IMG/VR virus record: IMGVR_UViG_3300033463_000112
Length of the DNA: 20,000 nucleotides
Strand: one strand, 5' to 3'
Source of the DNA: an uncultured virus (IMG/VR IMGVR_UViG_3300033463_000112)
Taxonomy: Duplodnaviria; Heunggongvirae; Uroviricota; Caudoviricetes
Positions 1 to 7,543 of the stretch are shown one piece after another. The notes beneath the pieces are model-generated. The model was not told the DNA's origin, did no database searches, and saw nothing but the letters and a program-made list of their open reading frames with translations. Numbering within the stretch: the stretch's first letter is position 1; the number at the start of each line of letters is the position of its first letter. A program made the translations under genes and the position numbers.

Positions 1-1248
1 ACCGATGCCGTTCACGTCGTAGGCGAAATCTTCCTCCGCAATGCCGTTCCGTTCCAAAAACGCCTTGATACGGGGCACAACGTCCTCTGCAGTAAGGAAC
101 TTTGCGGCTTCTATATCAATGATATGCCAGCCGTCCATAGCCCAGAGCACGAACCAGTCACCACGTAGGGCAATATCGCCGCCGCCGACTCTCCGGCCGT
201 TGGTCTGAGGAGCGTTGTTGAAAAACCGGTACATATCGTTGGCCGTAATCAGCGAGCCGGTATCGTCAACGTCGCGCCAGACACCGCGTATATCGTTTAC
301 GGTGCTTTTTGAGCCGCCGGAGGAAATACGGTTCATGTACTTAGGGTCGGATACGTGGAGTATCTTGTTTTCCCCAAAGTCGCCGTCAATGAACGTCAGG
401 GACGTAATAAATTCCTTATATTCCTCGTCCGGGTTGTCTGTCAAAGAGCGAATCTTGTTGCGGGCGTTCGGGTTCTCATAGACCTCCTCCGGGGAATCGC
501 CCCACGCAATCTCCGTTACGTCCTCGCCGTAGCGGCAGAAGTAACGAATCTTGCCAGAGCGTGCCGGTATAGCCTCGTCTGTTTCAGGGTCTATCCACCA
601 GTCAAGGAGCGTCCTTAGCTTGTTGGATTTACCTACCGGGTTACAGGTGCAAATGAAACGCGGGGGTACGCCGGAGGTCGAACGGTTAGAGCCCATAAGG
701 TCAAAAATCACGTTCAGGTTATCGCGCGTGAACTCTGCAAGCTCCTCAATCACGATATAGGGCATTTCAGCACCACGGAAACGGTCTTTTACGGCCTTCA
801 GGTCTGCGAGGTGCTCCATTTTCATAGTGGCCCCGGTCCCGTTGAAAAACTTTGCTTCAAAGCTGGTGTCAGCGAAGGTCGCAAAGCCCCTGAATATCGG
901 CTTACAGGACTTCCAGATACCACGCTTTACGTCGTTTTCTAAGCGCCTAAAACCGTACATATTAACGTCCGGGTTGTCGGCATAGTACAATGCTCCAATC
1001 AAGCTAATTGCGGTCTTTCCTGCGCCCCTTGCGCCGCCACAAATGGTAATATCCGCTTTGCTGGTAAGCACTTTCTCCTGAAAGCCCTCCTGCGGGATTA
1101 AATCCCAGATGCGTTTGCCGAGGCGCTTTTGTTCCAGATTCTCCTTCCGTATTTCCTGAGCAAAGTCGTAGGAGTAAACTTCCATGCCGTATTGTGCAAA
1201 TACGGGGTCCAGATATTCGCGCTCGTTTATGACGGTTTCAACGTTCAT
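1..1248 (-). CDS. terL: Terminase large subunit (3' end runs off window start; 416 codons visible)
   Basis: Manual minus-strand translation from ATG at 1248: MNVETVINEREYLDP..., Q motif LIPQEGFQ, Walker A GGARGAGKT, Walker B YIVIEE, coupling motif CTCNP, RNase H-like nuclease motifs GGDIA and YDVNGIG. No stop before position 1. Alternative start at 1185 (Met22). Confidence 0.95.
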   Translation of the reverse strand, partial: MNVETVINEREYLDPVFAQYGMEVYSYDFAQEIRKENLEQKRLGKRIWDLIPQEGFQEKVLTSKADITICGGARGAGKTAISLIGALYYADNPDVNMYGFRRLENDVKRGIWKSCKPIFRGFATFADTSFEAKFFNGTGATMKMEHLADLKAVKDRFRGAEMPYIVIEELAEFTRDNLNVIFDLMGSNRSTSGVPPRFICTCNPVGKSNKLRTLLDWWIDPETDEAIPARSGKIRYFCRYGEDVTEIAWGDSPEEVYENPNARNKIRSLTDNPDEEYKEFITSLTFIDGDFGENKILHVSDPKYMNRISSGGSKSTVNDIRGVWRDVDDTGSLITANDMYRFFNNAPQTNGRRVGGGDIALRGDWFVLWAMDGWHIIDIEAAKFLTAEDVVPRIKAFLERNGIAEEDFAYDVNGIG

Positions 1249-1253
1249 CGAGC

Positions 1254-1327
1254 GCAAAGTTATGCACGAATTTTCAATACAAATCAATATTTATTGAAAT
1301 GTATTGATTTTTTAACTATAACTTTGC
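1254..1327. promoter_or_regulatory. Dyad-symmetric bidirectional promoter: two Bacteroidota -7 elements plus two inverted 16-bp upstream boxes
   Basis: TAACTTTG on + at 1319-1326 and on - at 1262-1255, within the perfect inverted repeat GCAAAGTTAT 1254-1263 / ATAACTTTGC 1318-1327. Inner arms TCAATACAAATCAATA 1274-1289 and TATTGAAATGTATTGA 1292-1307 are 14/16 complementary. All share the axis at 1290.5. Confidence 0.85.
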
Positions 1328-1335
1328 CCGTGTAT

Positions 1336-1497
1336 ATGGACGAAAAAGCGCATATTAGCGGTGTGCAAGTGACTTGCCCCTATTGCAAGAAGTCGTTTCC
1401 TGTAAGGGTGCAATCCTTAGAGGGGCGGCTTCGGCTTTCGGTCCTGTGCAGGCACTGCAAGCGCACCGGCGAAATAACGCTTTCGGACATTAAATAG
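1336..1497 (+). CDS. Small zinc-ribbon protein (53 aa), Com-like/Ogr-like putative regulator
   Basis: MDEKAHISGVQVTCPYCKKSFPVRVQSLEGRLRLSVLCRHCKRTGEITLSDIK: basic, with CPYC...CRHC. ATG lies 9 nt after the -7 element. The longer 1129 start in the ORF track overlaps terL and the promoter and is unlikely. Confidence 0.75.
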   Translation: MDEKAHISGVQVTCPYCKKSFPVRVQSLEGRLRLSVLCRHCKRTGEITLSDIK

Positions 1498-1555
1498 CCA
1501 GCGCCCGCGAGCGCGTATAAGAGGCCACTTTGAGTTACATAGATAACCGCTTAGG

Positions 1556-1599
1556 CCCGGAGTAGAAATCCTGAAAAGGGTTTCCGCTTCGGGTTTTTT
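1556..1599 (+). terminator. Intrinsic terminator/attenuator between the zinc-ribbon gene and scaffold gene
   Basis: Stem CCCGGAGTAGAAATCCT (1556-1572) / AGGGTTTCCGCTTCGGG (1577-1593): 17 positions with one mismatch and three G-U pairs, GAAA tetraloop, then T6 at 1594-1599. Confidence 0.8.
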
Positions 1600-1625
1600 G
1601 TATAACCCAACCGCTCATTGAACAA

Positions 1626-2285
1626 ATGAAAACCAAAATTATTAACGCGCTCAGAACTAAGTATCAGCGCTTCGGGCTGAGCAACGAGGCTATTGACCGG
1701 ATTGCCTCTGCGAAAGAAAAGACCGTCACCCAAGAGAGCGAGATTGAAAGTGCGATTGCTGACGCACAGACAATGGAGCTTATCGCAAACGAGTTGCAGA
1801 AGTCGGCTGATGCCGAACGGCGTTCCCGTTCGGACCTCCAGAAGTCTTTTGACGACTACAAAAAGGAGCACCCTGAAACTCAGGTCACGCCTCCTACGCC
1901 TCCCACTCCGCCCGAAGAGCCGGAATACGTCAAGACCCTTAAAGCCCAGATGCAGCAGTTGCTGGACCGCCAGAAAGCTGACGACGATGCTAAGACCCAC
2001 AAGGAGCTTGTTTCCCGTCTGGAGTCGAAGCTCAAAGAGGCCGGGTGCAACAACCCGGGAATCCTCGCCGCCACACTGAAAGGCTTTACACTGGCCGATA
2101 AGGAAACCGAAGAGGCCGCCGTTGAACGCCTGAAAGGCGAATACAACGCGACTGTAAAGGCAACATTTGGCGACGGCCCCCAACCGCAATTCGGCGGGCA
2201 GACGTTTGGTGATGCGAAAACCGCGCTTGAAAAGAAAAACGCTTTTCTGCGCGAACAGGGACTCCTCCCCCAAGAGGAAAAGTAA
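1626..2285 (+). CDS. Capsid scaffolding protein (putative)
   Basis: 219 aa, charged and helical/coiled-coil-like with a Pro-rich linker (TPPTPPTPPEEP). First structural gene before the decoration and capsid genes. Confidence 0.75.
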   Translation: MKTKIINALRTKYQRFGLSNEAIDRIASAKEKTVTQESEIESAIADAQTMELIANELQKSADAERRSRSDLQKSFDDYKKEHPETQVTPPTPPTPPEEPEYVKTLKAQMQQLLDRQKADDDAKTHKELVSRLESKLKEAGCNNPGILAATLKGFTLADKETEEAAVERLKGEYNATVKATFGDGPQPQFGGQTFGDAKTALEKKNAFLREQGLLPQEEK

Positions 2286-2303
2286 CACCAATTTTTTACA
2301 ACT

Positions 2304-3008
2304 ATGCCTAAGTTTAGCTCTTTCAATGCTTTTGGCTCCGAGGCCAACGAAATCGGCCAGAGTCATGTGCCTGTTTGGCTCGGCGTTGTGACCCCCGTTC
2401 CCGTGGGCGGTGTTCTGGCTAAGGCTTACGCTCTGAAGGGCCTCCTGCTCAGCGCAGGCGCTCCCGTCAAGCTGGCCGAAAAGGTCATTACCCCGTTTAT
2501 CGGCTTCGAGGTGGTTGCTTACACTGGCGCTGGTGCTTCCGACACCTACGATACCGTCGTGGTTAAGCCCGTGAAGCTCGGTGACATTGAAATCGCCCCT
2601 GCTGCTGACGACGTTCTGATGAAGGTAGGCGCTACTTTCGCAACCGCCGGCGCAGCCCGTGCCATTCACTCCTCTACCCTTATCACCAGTGGCGACAACG
2701 AAGGTTGCTACACTCTTGAAATCGCCAAGAGCGCCAACCTCGGTAGCCTGACTGCCGGTGACGTTCTCACTCCCTCCGCTGAAGCCGGTGCTTCTGGTAA
2801 GGTTCCTTCCGTTATCCCTAACGGATACCTCTACAACGACATTTACTTTGGCGGTCTTTCCGGTGACAAGGACAACTACACCATTGCCGCCTCCGGCGCT
2901 GTCGTGAAGTTCCATTCCGAGGGCCTGCTCGTAGAACTGACTCCTTCTGCCGCCGTTAAGGCGCAGATGGCTGCTGCTGTTCCCGGCGTGCTTCAGGTGC
3001 TTGTTTAA
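2304..3008 (+). CDS. Head decoration/cement protein (putative)
   Basis: 234 aa, Ala/Gly/Val-rich, motifs LLSAGAPV and PNGYLYNDI. Sits between scaffold and major capsid (lambda gpD-like position) and has strongly biased codon usage. Confidence 0.65.
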   Translation: MPKFSSFNAFGSEANEIGQSHVPVWLGVVTPVPVGGVLAKAYALKGLLLSAGAPVKLAEKVITPFIGFEVVAYTGAGASDTYDTVVVKPVKLGDIEIAPAADDVLMKVGATFATAGAARAIHSSTLITSGDNEGCYTLEIAKSANLGSLTAGDVLTPSAEAGASGKVPSVIPNGYLYNDIYFGGLSGDKDNYTIAASGAVVKFHSEGLLVELTPSAAVKAQMAAAVPGVLQVLV

Positions 3009-3029
3009 TCCTGTAATTCCAAGTACACT

Positions 3030-4205
3030 ATGGACGCTTATCAGATTCAATTCTACGACCTGCTTTCCCGCGCCCTCGGCGCTGGCGAGTCTATCCAGAG
3101 CTTTCTGGATAACACTATGGCCCTGAAGTACAACAAACTTCAGCTTGACGGCTTTACCTTTGAGCCTTTCATGCAGGCCGACTTCACCTACGAACAGATT
3201 GTAGGCGACCTCCCCCTGAACGTCATGGCTCAGTATTACGACGTTGATTCCCCGGCTCTGCCCGACGGAACGACCGGCTTTAAGGCTTACACTGGCAAGA
3301 TTCCTCGCATGAAGAAAGTCGAATACTTCAACGAGGACAAACTCCGCAAGATGAAGCTCGTAGAGGACCGCAAGTCCACTACCGCCGCCCAGATTGCCGA
3401 GATTGCCTATCAGCAGCTGTTTATCACTGTTGACAAGCTCATTGGCGGTCACACCAACGCTCTGACCTATCAGCGTCATCAGGCTGTTTCCACCGGTAAG
3501 TTCGTTATCAACAACACGAACAACCCGAAGGGTATTAAGAACATTACCCTCGACTACCACATTCCTTCTGCCAACAAGACCGTTCTTCCTCAGACGAGTG
3601 TTCGCTGGTGGACCTCCACCACCCACGTTCAGGCCAACGAAGGCGCAAACTCCAATCCCGTAAAGGACCTTGTGGACATTGTTAACAAGGCTCGCTACGC
3701 TGGTGTGCGCGGCCATTTCGAGGTCGAAATCGACTATCTGAAGGAAGTCCTTGCTCACAGCAAGGTACTGGCCCAGATTGGCGTTGCCACCCTGCCCGCT
3801 TCCGACTCCACCGCTCAGGCCGCTTACGCAAGTATCCTGAGCTACGAGGCCAAGAAGTCCGCTCTGGAGAGCCTGATTGGCGCTCCCATTAAGGCCATTG
3901 ACAGCATCGTTCCTGTCGAGTCTATCGACAAGTCCGAAAAGGCTTTCACCCGTTCCAACATTAACGCCTTCGAAAAGAACGTGTTTGTGTTCGTTCCTGA
4001 CGGTGAAATCGGCGTTGTCAAGACCGTGGAGCCTATCGCTCTGGAAGGCGGTAACTACGCTTCCTTCTACGGCGGCAAGCTCCTGCTGACCGTTGGCGTT
4101 GACTTCGTTAAGAAGTGCCAGAGCTACAATACGGAAATGACCTCCGTTGTCATTCCTACTGTACCTCAGTATATGTGGTATCTCTATCCGAACAACGTTG
4201 AGTAG
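3030..4205 (+). CDS. Major capsid protein (HK97 fold, lambda gpE-like family)
   Basis: 391 aa, motifs GKIPRMK, HQAVSTGK, LDYHIP, SNPVKDL and FVFVPDGEIG resemble gpE-type capsids. Position and strong codon bias agree. Confidence 0.88.
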   Translation: MDAYQIQFYDLLSRALGAGESIQSFLDNTMALKYNKLQLDGFTFEPFMQADFTYEQIVGDLPLNVMAQYYDVDSPALPDGTTGFKAYTGKIPRMKKVEYFNEDKLRKMKLVEDRKSTTAAQIAEIAYQQLFITVDKLIGGHTNALTYQRHQAVSTGKFVINNTNNPKGIKNITLDYHIPSANKTVLPQTSVRWWTSTTHVQANEGANSNPVKDLVDIVNKARYAGVRGHFEVEIDYLKEVLAHSKVLAQIGVATLPASDSTAQAAYASILSYEAKKSALESLIGAPIKAIDSIVPVESIDKSEKAFTRSNINAFEKNVFVFVPDGEIGVVKTVEPIALEGGNYASFYGGKLLLTVGVDFVKKCQSYNTEMTSVVIPTVPQYMWYLYPNNVE

Positions 4206-4228
4206 TTTAACCGTAATTGAAGGAAGAT

Positions 4229-4603
4229 ATGGCCGACATAAGCACAAATCTGACTTTCGTAAGGTGGCTCAGGGCTAAGGCCGAGCCGTTCATGGACCTG
4301 TCCGATGATTTCCTTTTCTCTATCCTCATTGGGCGGGGAATCAATGACGACGAGTACCTGTACTCTGCCGCCACTGAGAAACAGAAAGACCTGTGCTATG
4401 CAGACGTGCTGTTTGCAGCGGCCGTATCTTCCGTCAAAACGGGAACGCAAGGCGAATCCGACGGCGGCTGGACCCACTATATCGCAATTAAGAACGCCGT
4501 AAACCGTAACGGCTTGCTCGATATGGCAAAGGCGCTCTACGACAAGTGGAATGAGCCGTTTTCCGACCCGCGCAACAAAATCAGACTGAAGCCCCTGTAC
4601 TAA
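4229..4603 (+). CDS. Head-tail adaptor/connector protein (putative)
   Basis: 124 aa from ATG 4229 (track uses TTG 4217). Motifs DLCYADVL, ESDGGWTH and AKALYDKWNE. Directly follows the capsid gene; stop overlaps the next start (TAATG). Confidence 0.7.
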   Translation: MADISTNLTFVRWLRAKAEPFMDLSDDFLFSILIGRGINDDEYLYSAATEKQKDLCYADVLFAAAVSSVKTGTQGESDGGWTHYIAIKNAVNRNGLLDMAKALYDKWNEPFSDPRNKIRLKPLY

Positions 4604-5199
4604 TGTATAACCCTCGTTGGCCCCATACTTTCGTAGTAGTCCCCGAGTATCTGGACGATAACGGCCTGCCCGTTACGGACGAAAACGGCGACCCCTGCGA
4701 GCCTACGCCCCCTGCTCCGGAGGAACAACTGGACCAGAACGGACTCCCGCTTACGGACGAAAACGGCGACCCTATCACCGTTGAGCCCGAAAGCGAGCCC
4801 GAACAGGAACAGGAACCTGCGGAGGAACCCTCTGAGGGCGAGGAACCGGAGCCCGAGCCCCAGCCGGAACCCGAACCGACCCCGGCCACGAATCCTACCG
4901 TACTGATTGCCGAGTACGATTCCAACTGGAACCCGCGCAAGGCATCTGACGGCAAGTTTGTTACTAAGGAGGTTACTCAGGTTCCGTGGGGATACAGAAC
5001 CGCAACGGGCGGTCTGAAAGCAGCCGGGGAGGTAATCGTCGCGGACTATAAGATTTCAACCCCTATGCTCCTGACGGAGCTACCGACCGGAACTATCCTT
5101 GAACTGACCGACTATACGCACACTTTCCTTGCTAAAGTAATGAAGGTCACTACCTATAATTGGGGCACTGATTTGTGGATAGACAACATTAAGAACTAA
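4603..5199 (+). CDS. Head closure/stopper-like protein with acidic Pro/Glu-rich insertion (putative)
   Basis: 198 aa, N-terminal YNPRWPHT and beta-rich C-terminus (GYRTATGG...ADYKIS...TYNWGTDLW) flanking a low-complexity insert. TAATG coupling at both ends. Function assigned by synteny. Confidence 0.6.
   Translation: MYNPRWPHTFVVVPEYLDDNGLPVTDENGDPCEPTPPAPEEQLDQNGLPLTDENGDPITVEPESEPEQEQEPAEEPSEGEEPEPEPQPEPEPTPATNPTVLIAEYDSNWNPRKASDGKFVTKEVTQVPWGYRTATGGLKAAGEVIVADYKISTPMLLTELPTGTILELTDYTHTFLAKVMKVTTYNWGTDLWIDNIKN
4651..4772 (+). repeat. Intragenic direct repeat, period 78 nt
   Basis: LDDNGLPVTDENGDP (from 4651) and LDQNGLPLTDENGDP (from 4729). Exact 22-nt repeat TTACGGACGAAAACGGCGACCC at 4673-4694 and 4751-4772. 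Confidence 0.9.
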
Positions 5200-5660
5200 T
5201 GAGCTACGCAAGCCAAAACAAGCGCACAATCAACGCGGCGTTTAAGCGTTTCGGGATTCTCACTGAAGCAATCATTGAGAACGGAATGAAACGCATAATG
5301 AACGAGGCTATGATGATTGCTCTTGCGACGCACGACGCAGACCACTGGTTCCACAAGTCCACCGGGAACTCCTACGGCTGGCTGGTGCTCCACGACGGCA
5401 AGCACGTAGCCCACAAGGTTAACGAAGGCTTGCATGGTGAGGGTGATGCCTACACTGAGCTCATGGGAGCCGCCCGGGACGTTCCGCAAGTCGGTTGGGT
5501 TGGGATATTGCTCGCCAGTATGGGCGAGGTCCACGATAACGCTAAGGGAAAGCTCTATTTCTTTCATCTGGACTACGAAATGGCGGTGCTTAACAACGCT
5601 CGCGAGGACGTAGAAAAGCTGTTTACAAGAAACTTCAGAACAATGTATGTTGCCGAATAA
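5199..5660 (+). CDS. Neck/tail completion protein (HK97 gp10-like position, putative)
   Basis: 153 aa with a TGNSYGWLVLHDGK motif; third gene of the head-tail joining block. Assignment mainly by synteny. Confidence 0.55.
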   Translation: MSYASQNKRTINAAFKRFGILTEAIIENGMKRIMNEAMMIALATHDADHWFHKSTGNSYGWLVLHDGKHVAHKVNEGLHGEGDAYTELMGAARDVPQVGWVGILLASMGEVHDNAKGKLYFFHLDYEMAVLNNAREDVEKLFTRNFRTMYVAE

Positions 5661-6045
5661 TTTTGACATAACGGACGTGGAAAAGCTCTTTTCCGACGAA
5701 GTGCGCAAGCTCGGTGTTTCTGATAACGTCTGGAACAATAGGCCGAAGGCCACCGACGACAAGATTTCCAATTTTGCCGTCGTGAAAGTTTCGGGCGGCA
5801 TATCGGATAAGGCCGCTTACGGCGATTGCCGCGTAGTGGTTTACCTGTTTGCTCGCGACGTAAAGGAAATGAAAAATTCCAAGAAACTCTCCGTGATGCA
5901 GAAGAAGCTCAGTAACCTACCGCTCTGGATTGAGCCGCTCCTTATTAACGGGAAACCGCGCGTTATTGGCGATACCGCAGACGATTTCGGATTCCATTGC
6001 CGGATAGTCAATTTCAAAGTGTTTATCAAATCTAAATCTGTATAA
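5647..6045 (+). CDS. Tail terminator protein (putative)
   Basis: 132 aa immediately before the major tail gene. Size, beta-rich pattern and C-terminal DDFGFHCRIVNF fit this role. Assignment mainly by synteny. Confidence 0.6.
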   Translation: MLPNNFDITDVEKLFSDEVRKLGVSDNVWNNRPKATDDKISNFAVVKVSGGISDKAAYGDCRVVVYLFARDVKEMKNSKKLSVMQKKLSNLPLWIEPLLINGKPRVIGDTADDFGFHCRIVNFKVFIKSKSV

Positions 6046-6048
6046 ACT

Positions 6049-6675
6049 ATGCCTGCTACTCTTACTCACGCGATGCTTGACGACCTCCATATCGGCAACG
6101 CATCTCTTTCCCTGAAGGCTTACAGCCCTTCTGGAGTAGATATTACCGCCGGTATGGATTTCTCCAACTCCGACCAGATTTACACCCTCGAGGGTTCCTT
6201 TAACCTGACCTGTGACGACGCGAGCGGCACCGACATTCGCATCGACCAGCACAAGGAGGTTATCGACACCAATATCGAAAAGGGCGGTAACTGGCGCATG
6301 ACCGGCAATATCCCCTCCATAGCCGTTGACCTCCTGAAGTACTTTTTCACCGAGGGCAAGGCTATTGCCGCCGGTACTGCCTCTTCCCCGAAGGGCATCA
6401 CTGGTGCAGACGGCTCCGCCTACTACACCGGCTTTGGCTTCCTCGCAACCCCGGAAATCATCGAGGTTTCCGTGCTTGTCGAGTCCGAGTCCAAGAACAC
6501 GGCTATCCTCTTCCCGCACGTGAAAATGGTCGTTTCTCCTGTCAAGAAGGACGACAACACCAACCCCGCTTACCTTTCCTTCGTAGGTTTCATTCTCCCG
6601 AACCCTGCCAAGTCTGGTGGCGACCTTGTTGGCGACTTCGCCGTGCTGAAGGCCGACACTCGCCCTACCACCTAA
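6049..6675 (+). CDS. Major tail tube protein
   Basis: 208 aa, beta-rich, codon bias like the capsid gene. Followed by a terminator, the chaperone and the tape measure: canonical siphovirus order. Confidence 0.8.
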   Translation: MPATLTHAMLDDLHIGNASLSLKAYSPSGVDITAGMDFSNSDQIYTLEGSFNLTCDDASGTDIRIDQHKEVIDTNIEKGGNWRMTGNIPSIAVDLLKYFFTEGKAIAAGTASSPKGITGADGSAYYTGFGFLATPEIIEVSVLVESESKNTAILFPHVKMVVSPVKKDDNTNPAYLSFVGFILPNPAKSGGDLVGDFAVLKADTRPTT

Positions 6676-6699
6676 TAGGGCCAGTAACAACCTAAACCG

Positions 6700-6730
6700 A
6701 GGGGCGGGGTCTAAAGCCCTGCCCCTTTTT
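6700..6730 (+). terminator. Intrinsic terminator after major tail gene
   Basis: AGGGGCGGGG (6700-6709) pairs with CCCTGCCCCT (6717-6726), 7-nt loop, T5 at 6726-6730. Confidence 0.8.
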
Positions 6731-6744
6731 AAAAATTCAATCTC

Positions 6745-7317
6745 ATGCAACAGCCTACACTCGAACAGAGGAAAGAGTATCTCGATATAGTGAATGACGC
6801 TGTATCAATAGTACCGATTGAGGGCACGAAAAAGAGAGTAAAACTCCATTGGATTAAGCCCTATACAATGGAGCGCATCACTAAGGTTTGGATTGAACGC
6901 GAACTTGCAAGCGCCAAGCTGGAAAGCGGCGCTGACGTTCTCAAAGACCTTGCTAAAGAGCCGTATTTCGCGTTTAAAGAGGCGGCGTTAATGATTCTTA
7001 ACCACGACATTAAGATACGCCTTTTTTACGGCATTTACTGGCGTTATCTGGCCTACAAATATAGCGAGGCTCAGATTTCCGGTATTATCGCGGAGGGTAA
7101 AAAAAAACTTCCGCTTACGGCACACTACGCGACTATGGCGTTCTCGCTGGATATGAGGACGGATTGGGTGAAGATGACAAAGACCGAAGCAGAGCAATAC
7201 CGAGCAGAACTTCTTTTGGAAGCGAAGCGGCTTTCTGCAAGGACTTCCCCGGCTACGGGCGGCCCCGTTGGCGGCTCTTCCGTTGGGAGCGCAATTTCGG
7301 CTACCGGTGTATCCTAA
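6745..7317 (+). CDS. Tail assembly chaperone (lambda gpG-like)
   Basis: 190 aa between the tail tube and tape measure genes; contains GGT AAA AAA AAA CTT (GKKKL) at 7096-7110. Confidence 0.75.
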   Translation: MQQPTLEQRKEYLDIVNDAVSIVPIEGTKKRVKLHWIKPYTMERITKVWIERELASAKLESGADVLKDLAKEPYFAFKEAALMILNHDIKIRLFYGIYWRYLAYKYSEAQISGIIAEGKKKLPLTAHYATMAFSLDMRTDWVKMTKTEAEQYRAELLLEAKRLSARTSPATGGPVGGSSVGSAISATGVS

Positions 7318-7538
7318 CCTGTGCACAAATCGAACTGATGCAAGCGGACCTGCCCCACACGCTAATCAAGCACAACGACAGGAAGGGCAAGGGCGGCGGC
7401 TCGAGTACGTTCGTTCCGAAAGCGAACGACCGGGCGTTTGAGCTTCAACAAGCGGCTAACCGCAAGGCGGCCCAGCGCCGTGCAGCAATGAACGGGGGCG
7501 AAGCTCCTTTGAGTATGAATGACATTTTTAGCAAATAG
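7101..7538 (+). CDS. -1 frame extension of tail assembly chaperone (gpGT-like)
   Basis: The -1 frame opens right after TAA 7098-7100 within the A9 tract and stays open to TAG 7536-7538, 5 nt before the tape measure ATG. The track start is only a TTG at 7164. Confidence 0.65.
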   Translation, partial: KKTSAYGTLRDYGVLAGYEDGLGEDDKDRSRAIPSRTSFGSEAAFCKDFPGYGRPRWRLFRWERNFGYRCILTCAQIELMQADLPHTLIKHNDRKGKGGGSSTFVPKANDRAFELQQAANRKAAQRRAAMNGGEAPLSMNDIFSK

Positions 7539-7543
7539 ATACA

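Noticed and set aside
215..760. Short plus-strand ORFs at 215, 355 and 551
   Set aside because: They are antisense to the clearly motif-bearing terL gene.
740..760. Walker B of TerL reads IVIEE rather than hhhhDE
   Set aside because: EE-type Walker B motifs are known in other large terminases, so this is not evidence of inactivation or novelty.
1129..1335. N-terminal 69 codons of the 122-aa track ORF
   Set aside because: They overlap the terL start and run through the dyad promoter. ATG 1336 gives a compact zinc-ribbon protein.
1626..4205. Scaffold, decoration and capsid genes are in frame, separated by single TAA stops and stop-free 18- and 21-nt spacers (possible read-through polyprotein)
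   Set aside because: About a 1-in-9 chance coincidence of frame. TAA is an efficient stop, and each gene has its own A/T-rich initiation region.
1551..4247. 898-aa antisense ORF spanning scaffold, decoration and capsid genes
   Set aside because: The three plus-strand genes share one frame and have strong codon bias that avoids TTA/CTA/TCA, which leaves the mirror frame stop-free. The translation has no recognisable motifs.
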